In this document: positions 19,630 to 28,133 of the stretch, one piece after another
Position numbering within the stretch: position 1 is the stretch's first letter
How the letters are laid out: each line of letters begins with the position of its first letter
IMG/VR virus record: IMGVR_UViG_3300024358_000009
Coordinates: 124,001 to 188,000 of that record
Reading direction: 5' to 3' (one strand)
Length of the DNA: 64,000 bases
Position numbers and translations under genes: made by a program
Notes under the pieces: generated by a model
What the model saw: only the letters and a program-made list of their open reading frames with translations
What the model was told of the DNA's origin: nothing
Database searches by the model: none

Positions 19630-20147
19630 GAAAAATCCGTAAGGATTTGCAAAATAGATGAACTTTTATGAAACTTGGTTTGCTACTTTCCCAAGGGGCA
19701 AAAAAAGTAGCACTTTTAATAATGTGCTGACAGTAAGCACTTTGTTTTCATTTATTGATATAAACTCTTTGGGTTCAATGACTTATGTTTATTTTTTAAA
19801 TTCTTCTTGTAAGGAATACTGGTATGTTTTCCTTACAAATATAGTGGGTAGGCTTGTCCTACCCCTTCTAAATTGACCGAAATTGGATATCTTTATCTAA
19901 TTGTAATTTTAAAAAATTTTTGTAAATAATTTTTATTAGCTGACGAATAAGTATATATAGAGAGGAGTAACTATTAAAATTTGAGTTATGAGTGGGAGTT
20001 CCTGCTTTCCAAAAGGAGAGGATGAGGGGAGCCTGGAAACTAATTAGATATGTTTATCTTATTATCTATTTAAGAATTTTTTTATTTTTATATAAATAAA
20101 TCTGTATGGCCAACGAATAAGATTATGTAAGAGGAAAGGAAAAGAAA

Positions 20148-20626
20148 ATGAAATATGAAATAACAAGAGAATTCATCGGTGGTTTATTGAATGGGTTAAT
20201 CATTACCCAAACCATGAATAGTGATTGTGGTTATTATGTTGGGCAAGTTGTGAAAAATCCATATGGTAACACTTCTCCATATAAAATTTTGGAAATTAGG
20301 AAATATTCTCCAATGGTCGGCGAATAAGTCTATATAGAAGAAAGGAAAGTAAAATGGAAGTTAATGTAAGGGATTCAAGAAGCGTTGCAATTGGGGTCAA
20401 ATATATTGGCCCAACCAATACAAGAGGTGCAAAGGTTAAAGCCTTTGTAAGATCGGCGACAAGGATGATACATAAAATTGAAATGCCTTGGGATCATGAA
20501 TTCGATAATTCTGTAAATTACTGCAATGCAGCAAAAAAATTGGTAGAAAAGATGCATTGGAGTGGAAATTTGGTCGGCGGTTGGTTAGGCGATCAATATG
20601 TGTGCGTATTCGAAAAGTGGAATTAA
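20148..20626 (+). CDS. Two small hypothetical early genes (20148-20327, 20354-20626)
   Basis: Each has its own CGAATA promoter and AAAGGAAA RBS. Confidence 0.65.
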
Positions 20627-20721
20627 TTTTGGAAATATTTGCCAATGGTTGGCGAATAAGTATATGTAAGGTTGAGAGTTTTAATTTATAGGGCTGAAAG
20701 CCCAAGAAAGGTTTGGTCATC

Positions 20722-21858
20722 ATGTCTAATGGTAGCATCGGTATTCGTTCTGTGCGTGGTTTTTCCGGTTCGGCTTATGCTGGTGTAATCGAAAGATTCA
20801 ACAATCGTAAGGATCATTATCATGACAGTCTTTGCACTGTTGCCGGTGAATCCGCTAGGGTTCGTCCAGTTGTAGTCGATGGTAAGTTCCAGCTTCTGGA
20901 TAAGAAGAACGAAAAGTTCTATACTCCAACAAAACACGCTCTTAGTCAATTCGCTCAGAAGACTAAGTGGGGTTCTTATACAATCAATAAGTTGGCAGAG
21001 TCTAAAGATGTACGCCATCACAATATATTGCGTGACCTTCTTGATATTTCTTTCCAAGAGTTCGGAGGAGAATATCTCTTTAGGTTCAACGATCAGGATG
21101 ATACCTGTCGGGCGTTTTTGAGTGATCGTTACGCAATCATTAATAATGGATGGGTATTGGATGAAGTCCAGAAGTTCCTACCAGCTGAATGCAAAGATGC
21201 GGTAGCTATGGATAAGTCCGGCGAAGACTTTATCAACTTCATGGTAGTGCTACCAAGTAGCCTTAAGTCTTCCGATGATAGCGACTATCAAGGTTTGATC
21301 AAGGTTAAGAACTCTGAGATTGGCACTCATCGCCTTGATGTTACTGCCGGTGTCTTCCGCACTATTTGTTCTAATGGTGCAATCGGTTGGGTTAAGCATA
21401 ACGATGTAAGTGTAGTCCATCGTGGTAAGGTAGACTTCGAGCTTTTGGCTAATCATATTCAGTCGGCTATTAGCTCACATATTCAGGCTATGCCTACCAT
21501 GATTGAAAAGCTTTTAGGTACTAAGCAAATGGGTTGGGATGGATCAATGACCCCCCTGTTTGCCTCTGTCGCTCAAACCTATAAGTTGAGCAAGAACGAA
21601 GTGGAGTCCGTTCATACGGCATGGGGTGTAGAACGCAATGAGACTCCTCAATATGCCAAGACCCTGTTCGGCGTGGTTAATAGCCTAACAAGGGGTAGTC
21701 AACGGATGGTTGAGTCTTCTTGGGAAAAGCTTAACGACATTGGTGGTGAGTTGGCCAATTACGATGAAAGTGATTGGACTGGCCTTAAAGCCAAGGCTAG
21801 GGCAATGACCTCCAAGGATGTTGAGAATGTCTTGGGCAAGGAACTATCCTTCGCCTAA
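20722..21858 (+). CDS. DUF932-family phage/plasmid protein
   Basis: Motifs RAFLSDRY, NSEIG, FRTICSNG and TLFGVVNSLT; likely start MSNG at 20722 behind a GAAAGGT RBS. Confidence 0.75.
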   Translation: MSNGSIGIRSVRGFSGSAYAGVIERFNNRKDHYHDSLCTVAGESARVRPVVVDGKFQLLDKKNEKFYTPTKHALSQFAQKTKWGSYTINKLAESKDVRHHNILRDLLDISFQEFGGEYLFRFNDQDDTCRAFLSDRYAIINNGWVLDEVQKFLPAECKDAVAMDKSGEDFINFMVVLPSSLKSSDDSDYQGLIKVKNSEIGTHRLDVTAGVFRTICSNGAIGWVKHNDVSVVHRGKVDFELLANHIQSAISSHIQAMPTMIEKLLGTKQMGWDGSMTPLFASVAQTYKLSKNEVESVHTAWGVERNETPQYAKTLFGVVNSLTRGSQRMVESSWEKLNDIGGELANYDESDWTGLKAKARAMTSKDVENVLGKELSFA

Positions 21859-21868
21859 GATAACCCAA

Positions 21869-21942
21869 GGGGATGTAGACCAACAGGCAGAGTCAAAGGA
21901 CTTAAAATCCTTCCAGTATGGGTTCGACTCCCATCATCCCTA
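21869..21942 (+). tRNA. tRNA-Leu (anticodon UAA), short variable loop, no encoded CCA
   Basis: Acceptor GGGGAUG/CAUCCCU; anticodon arm AAGGA-CUUAAAA-UCCUU; T arm AUGGG-UUCGACU-CCCAU; discriminator A. Confidence 0.92.
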
Positions 21943-21945
21943 ATC

Positions 21946-22045
21946 CCCGCCTTACCTTTCGGGCGGGTTCCCCCATCCAGCTTGTTTCGTTTCCTTTCAG
22001 GCTGGATGCCGTCTAGGGGTGGCCTTGACCTCTCCATCCCTAGAC
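21946..22045 (+). ncRNA. Three-hairpin RNA with pyrimidine-rich (anti-Shine-Dalgarno-like) loops
   Basis: Hairpins at 21946-21967, 21974-22008 and 22011-22045, each with a G-U pair that forms only on the + strand. Confidence 0.6.
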
Positions 22046-22089
22046 ATTCTTATAAATATTTTTACCTCTGTATCGAATAAGATTATATA

Positions 22090-22173
22090 GAGGTAACCTG
22101 CTTGTCTTAGCAATGATAAGCGGGTCGCTGGGGTATTTTACCCATATTATCTAAGTCTATATAGGCGTACCTC
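22090..22173 (+). ncRNA. Candidate multi-branch small RNA
   Basis: Follows the promoter at 22074; closing stem GAGGUA/UACCUC; 11-bp hairpin ACCUGCUUGUC/GAUAAGCGGGU; hairpin GGGUA/UACCC. Confidence 0.5.
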
Positions 22174-22334
22174 ATCCCCAATTCCCCTTATGGAAGGCCA
22201 AGTGGGCGGGTTTTCAGCGATTCCCTCACGCTCCTGTATATACTTATTCGTTATAGAAGCGGAAATATTTTTTTAATTTTATTTAAAATATTTTTGGTTG
22301 GTGAGCGAATAAGACTATATAAAGGAGAAAGCAA

Positions 22335-25300
22335 ATGAAGACATATCCAAAAGAGAAAGTTATAGGCCAATTCAAGGTAAAAGCCGTGGATGGATGCATA
22401 GTTAAGCCTGAGAAATGGCCTTTTGGAAGGCTTTTGATGCCATCTAGCTGGGAACCGGCAGGGCATTACCTACAAAGAGGGTGGGGAGAACATGAAGGTA
22501 GCATAGCAGTTAATGTATATATAACAGGTAGAACCATAAAGTATAACTTTAAACATGGTCACCATATAGCTATCCTTTTAGAATTTGTCGGGGATTGTGA
22601 ACCAAGTACCTACACTTACGGAATCCTAGAAGTAAGATTAAACAACGGAAGCATGGAGAGAATTGATGTAAGTCCTTGAGATATAAGGGTTTAAAAAATT
22701 TTAGAATTTTTATATTATGTGCGACCCAATTATATTGGAATATGCCCATAATACCCCCTTAAACCCTAGTCCTCTCTCCTCTGTATGGTATGTACTTACA
22801 TATACCTTATATATAAAGGAGTTATGTCAAATGCTTATATTAAGAGGAGTGTTAAAAAGTGGAGAAAAGTGGTGAAAAAGCCCAAAGAAAACCCCTCAAA
22901 TAATACATCGAACAAAGTAAATAATTCACCCTCATAAGCGAATAAGTATATAAGGAGATAGATATGAAGGATGATTTAAAGCATAGATGTGAAGACCTAT
23001 ATATAGTCGAAGGGGCATCTGCTGTTTTTGACTATTGCCAGTCTATTGACCATAAAGACTATGGGGATTGTGACCAATGCCAGACTTATGTTCCTATATA
23101 TAAAGATTGTTGTCTTCTTTGCGGAACAGAATTAAAAAGAGTAAACAAAACTGTATAGATAACGAATAAGTATATAAGAGAAGTTATACATAAGGAGATT
23201 AGACATGGCTTTTACTTGGAGTGCTTCAGAGTGTGATGAGAACAATATTAAAAATGTTCATAATACAGATCAGGATAGAATAGCTTGGGCTTGTTTAGAT
23301 ATTGGCCTGAGTGGTATTACCCTTAAGAACTATAAAGAGTTCTACAGAAGAATGAGGCTTAGGGGCGAACTGTTCAATATCTATAAGGAGTTGACGCTAA
23401 ATCACATATTTAACTGTATAGGTTTGGTCACATCTGCTGCTGATTTAAGCAAGTCTGATTTTCACAAGAAGACTATAGAGCTATTTAACTATCAGGTGGA
23501 AAGAGAAATAGCTTGTGGCCGTATCCCATAGTGTTTTTGAATTGATATAACTTGTTATTTGATAAGGAGTTATGGAAATGGTTACAAACAACACCAATAC
23601 ACATAGATACTTTGCCGAAGTCTTCTTCCGTTCTAAGAAGGGAAACCCCTGTGCATATCATCTGTATATGGATGGTAAAGATGAGGAGGAAGTATATGGG
23701 AATATAGTAGGGAAGGTAAAGAGACTTAAGTATTTTGACAGAGTAGATAGAGTGGACATAGTAAAAATGCAACCCCTTGATAAATAAGGACTTATATCAA
23801 ATGAATAATGCACAATTCGACAATGATATTCCCCCAATGATCTTTGAATTTAGGTTCACTTCCTACAACAAACAAGGTCAAGCTTATGAATCCAATAGGA
23901 TGGTCAAGGCTTGTGGTATAGATCATGCAGTAGAGAAATTTAACGAGGAATTTACAGATTGGGGAGAAGAAGTACCAAAGTGGGATTTAATGAACATTAT
24001 GGCTATTGAAAGTAAATAAATAGCTGTTAGGGCGAATATGTAAATATAAGGATGTAGCAAACATAAGGAGGGTCAAACAATGGATGATTTCAAATATTAC
24101 ATTGGTGAAATTCTAGAGATTAATTGTGGTTTTGAATACGAAACAAAGTACATATTTAAAATATATGAAGATGAATCTACAGATGAACATACAGATAGAG
24201 TAGCAATGAATTGGAGGGGCGGTAGCAAGCATGATTGGGATGTAAATGAGGGCTGTTATAGATGTAGTCATACATTTATCTTTGATTCTGGATGTAAGGA
24301 AATAAGCAAAGAAGAATTCGATGTACTATCTGAACATCTTGCCATTGTATAGAAAGGCAAATCATGGATAAGTCTAAAAAAGAACTAATACATACTGTAA
24401 TTAAACAGATAGTCGATGATACAAAACATAACTATTATGAGGGTATAACAGCATTACTTAACCATATAGATACATACAAGCTTATAGCTTTTTTACCAGA
24501 AGAAATGCATGAGAAATGGAGGGGCGATGACTTTTAAAATTTTTAGAGAAGAACTTGTACACGAAGTATTCGACATGGTTTTAAACCATATAGATAATGA
24601 TGACTATTCAGTCATATGGAAGATATTAGATCGTATGGACATATATGAGCTAGTGGCTTTATTGCCTAAAGAACAGCGTGAGAAGTGGGATAGTTCTATT
24701 GTATAAAGGAGTAAACAATGTCTTTGAATTTAAGACAACAAGTGACATACGACATATGGAACAAAGTATTTTCAAATGTAGGTAATGAACACTACCAAAC
24801 CATATGCAACATACTGGATAAACTAGATATCTTTGACCTGTTAGGCATCTTGCCCAAAGAACATCGTAAGAAGTTTGAAGGTTATGTTATTAATTCAGAT
24901 GTAATGGAGAAATAACATGGAAAGACAAGAAAAAATCAACATTTTGATGGCCCATGACATTATGCAAATTAGAGAAGATATAGAAAATGGAGATTATGAG
25001 CTTGTTTGTTCTATTCTACAGGGAGAAGGATGGGAGCAATACAATAAGCTTACAGACTACCAAATAGATGGTGAACTTGAGGACAGATTTGTTTATGTCA
25101 ATTTAAATGACAAGATTATTGATTTGGCTAATAGATTAAACGGCAAGCCTATCAAGTTAGAAACATAATACCGCCACTTATTAAAATATGGAGGTATTTT
25201 GACGAATATATAAATATAAGAAGGAGGACAGACATGAAGTTAGATATTAAAAATATGTGCGTAGTATCTGGAAAAAACAAATATCAAATTTCTTTTGATG

Positions 25301-26619
25301 ATATAAACATCGGCGATCAAGTATACAACCCATTATCAGATGTTCTAATTCATATAGATGAAGATGATGACATTGAATATGTAAATAATAATTATTTTAA
25401 AATCTGTTAATATTTTTTAGTAAACTGCGAATAAATATATAGGAAAGGGGATTAGCAATGAATGAAAAGCTAGAAGATTTGAAATGGTTAGATGGACGAA
25501 AGGTTTTAAACTTTGTTGGTATTTTACCAGACGATGAGCATCAAGAATGTATTGACTGCAAGTTCACAGGACAAGTTCATGCTGAGTTTGAAGTAGAAGG
25601 ATTGGAAGAAGCTGAAGTAGTTTGCCCAAAGTGTGCAAGCCTACATTACTACATTGTTTAGTACCTATACATGAAGGAAATCAATCATGAAAATCAAAGT
25701 ATCGGACAGGGCGATATATGGATATATACCAACAGAAAATCCAAATGTATTTAATAGAAAAAGCGTAGTATTTATAAAAGACCGAGGTTATTTATTCCAA
25801 GAAAATTCAGTAAAGATCATTAAACAAATATTGGATGGCATCGTATATGAAATAGAAGAATCAACACCATATGATGCTAAAACGATTATGTTGGAAAATC
25901 CAAGAAGGTATAGCAAGAAAAGGTTGGGCGAACTTTTTGACATTCATGTAAAAGGAAATACCAATGAAGGAAATTAAGTATATCTATGTAGATGTAACAG
26001 CTAGGGTTTGTATATCTACATACGAAGACGATAAAGAGAACTCCATCCGTGGACTTAAACCAGATTTTGTTTCTACAGTTGGTGATTATGTAGAGTGGGT
26101 AAAAGTTGAAAAAGTTAATGAATTGAAAGTTTAAGGAGCAAACATGGAAAGTAATTTGAATGAAATCGCCCAAGGTGCAATTCATGGTGATTTTTTGGCT
26201 GATGTAAGTAAAGTTGGTGAAAACTTTGTTGTCAGCATTAAACACTATAAGCATGATGAAGACCATTGCCGTGGACAAAATCAAGTAGTTGGCGAACTAC
26301 ATAAGGCTATTGGGGCATTAAACCTCAATAAGCTTGAGAACATCACGCATGGTGGCGGTTTTGCTTGTGTAAAATGTAAGTAATAAAAGTTTAAAAGGAT
26401 AGTATCATGGCTAAAGTTTCTATCAATGCTGAAAACGCTTCTAACGCTTTTTTTAATGTGGCTGATGTAATTGAGTCATTAAAAAGGTTTGACAATGTTT
26501 TGGAATCCCCTATTTCAGATGACGATGATAATGGTTATTCCATCGGCGATTGTCTAGATGACATAAAAGCATTTCTTCAACAGCTAGATGAAGAATGTAT
26601 ATCATCTGACAAAAACTAA
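22335..26619 (+). CDS. Run of small hypothetical genes, including tandem paralogues at 24364-25168
   Basis: Dense ORFs of roughly 55-115 aa with AAGGAG-type RBSs and CGAATA promoters. Confidence 0.65.
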
Positions 26620-26667
26620 TAATAAAATTAGGGTCTGTAGCTCAATAGGTTAGAGCAAGCGACTCAT

Positions 26668-27418
26668 CTGAGGTTGTCTTCTTGGTTCAAATGGTGTAAT
26701 ATAATTACAGTATTACACTATAAGGAGACAACATGAAAAGCGATGTAAGAATCTTAAATGGTTATAGACTTATATTTTTGCCAGAACACTCAAGAGCTAT
26801 GAAAAATAGCAATTGGGAAGGATATGTTTATGAACATATCGTAGTTGCTGAAGAATGTGTTGGTCGTAACTTAAAAGATGAAGAAGTTGTGCATCATTTA
26901 AATGGCAAAAGAGATGATAATAGACATCAAAATCTATTAGTTCTCGAAAGAAGCCAACACGCTAAACTTCACGCTTGGATAGACTCAGGTGCTTCTGGTT
27001 TGGAAACTGCCAGAAAGAATCGGATGAATTCAATGAAAATGTCACATAATGAACCTAAATTTTGCAAAATTTGTTTTCGGACACTACAAGATAAACAATC
27101 AAAATTTTGTGGTATTGATTGTCAATCTTTAGGAACTCGTATTGTTAATAGACCTGAAAAAAATCAATTAAAAGAAGATATTGAAAAAATGTCTTTTGTA
27201 AAAATTGGTAAAAAGTATGGTGTTTCAGACAATACGATAAGAAAATGGGCTAAGCAATATGGAATTATGCCATCAACATTGAGCCAAGCCATTGGTACAC
27301 CAATGGAAGGTGCAGAGACTAGCGGAGAGGTAAAGCCCTCTTAATAACCGCACTAGCGTCCGATATCCTTATGGGATAATGATATAGTCCATGGAGGGTA
27401 GAAATACCCACAAACATG
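26668..27418 (+). mobile_element. Group I self-splicing intron (751 nt) inserted 3' of the CAU anticodon
   Basis: P1 CAU|CUGAG pairs with CUCAG-GUG (26984-26991), U-G at the splice site; P3 AUCGGAUG/CGUCCGAU; P4 UUCAAUG/CAUUGAG; P7 from CAGAGACUA and GAUAUAGUCC; P9 GGGUA-GAAA-UACCC; terminal G27418. Confidence 0.93.
26733..27344 (+). CDS. Intron-encoded HNH homing endonuclease with Zn-finger and HTH
   Basis: YVYEHIVV...VHHLNGKRDDNRHQNL; CKIC...FCGIDC; HTH FVKIGKKYGVSDNTIRKW; AAGGAG RBS. Confidence 0.9.
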   Translation: MKSDVRILNGYRLIFLPEHSRAMKNSNWEGYVYEHIVVAEECVGRNLKDEEVVHHLNGKRDDNRHQNLLVLERSQHAKLHAWIDSGASGLETARKNRMNSMKMSHNEPKFCKICFRTLQDKQSKFCGIDCQSLGTRIVNRPEKNQLKEDIEKMSFVKIGKKYGVSDNTIRKWAKQYGIMPSTLSQAIGTPMEGAETSGEVKPS

Positions 27419-28051
27419 AATCGCTAGGTTTTCGGTTCAAATCCGAACAGACCCATTAAATAAACATTCTTTATCAACGGAGATAAATAATAATGCCCAG
27501 AACATTCCAAGCTAAGATTGTAATATTTGTCGAAGTTGATGTTCCTGACAATATGCCAGAATTAAATGTTGAAAGCTGGGTTAATTATGAGGCTAAACTT
27601 TTGGCAAATAAAATGTTGTGGGATGAAAAAACTAAATTTGAAATAGTTCATGTGGAATAAAAATATGACAAGAAAAGATTTCTTAGAACTGGTAGATAGA
27701 TCAAGGATGACAAACAGCGAAAGAATAAATGCTGGACTTCCTCTTGCAGAAGAAGATATTAGGCGAGTTCTAGATGAGTGTTATCCATATTTAAAGAAGT
27801 CAAAGGAATGGGAAAATGATAGAGATGGGTAATGGCTGGACTGTTAGCTTAAAAGACAATTCGTGTTTGAATAAACTATCATATCAAGAAAAGAAAAAAT
27901 GGTGGAATGATATAAAAAAAGTAACACCAATTCAATTTTCAGTAAAGGAAAAGGCAGATACAGCGAAGATATTATTAGAGAGAAGAACGAAATTTGAGTG
28001 GATTGTTACTAACACTCTTTTTCTTGGTCACTATCACGAAAAGAGACAAAG

Positions 28052-28124
28052 GGGCGTGTAGACCAATGGCAGAGTCAAAGGACTTAAAATCCTTCAAGTA
28101 TGGGTTCGACTCCCATCACGCCTA
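28052..28124 (+). tRNA. Second tRNA-Leu (UAA), short variable loop, no encoded CCA
   Basis: Near copy of 21869-21942 with a compensatory acceptor stem GGGCGUG/CACGCCU. Confidence 0.92.
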
Positions 28125-28133
28125 TCCTATTAA

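Larger units (their letters stand above)
14395..20063. repeat. Seven 22-bp palindromic operator-like sites AATTRGATA-N4-TATCYNAWT
   Basis: Copies start at 14395, 15607, 15760, 17741, 17866, 19881 and 20042; each lies just upstream of a CGAATA promoter. Confidence 0.85.
26631..27455 (+). tRNA. tRNA-Ile2 (CAU), intron-split: exons 26631-26667 and 27419-27455
   Basis: Joined exons give acceptor GGGUCUG/CAGACCC, anticodon arm AGCGA-CUCAUAA-UCGCU (as in lysidine-type tRNA-Ile2) and T arm UUCGG-UUCAAAU-CCGAA. Confidence 0.9.

Noticed and set aside
19658-19876. 72-aa ORF in the AT-rich gap
   Set aside because: No RBS, and it overlaps regulatory-looking motifs; probably non-coding.
14395-20120. CRISPR array or integron interpretation of the early-region repeats
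   Set aside because: Repeats are irregularly spaced, resolve into promoter and operator motifs and separate whole genes; no cas or integrase gene is in the window.
21901-21907. Ochre suppressor tRNA or stop-codon recoding
   Set aside because: The 7-nt loop CUUAAAA places UAA at positions 34-36 (Leu), and known genes are intact in the standard code.
21855-22037. 60-aa minus-strand ORF
   Set aside because: Lies antisense to tRNA-Leu and the hairpin RNA; no supporting RBS.
22700-22900. Possible iterons (AAAAGTGG repeats) or origin
   Set aside because: Only two short copies in low-complexity DNA; insufficient support.
26631-27455. Initiator or elongator tRNA-Met call for the CAU tRNA
   Set aside because: The paired G1-C72 and absence of three consecutive G-C anticodon-stem pairs exclude initiator; the anticodon arm matches tRNA-Ile2. 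Elongator Met is less likely but not strictly excluded.
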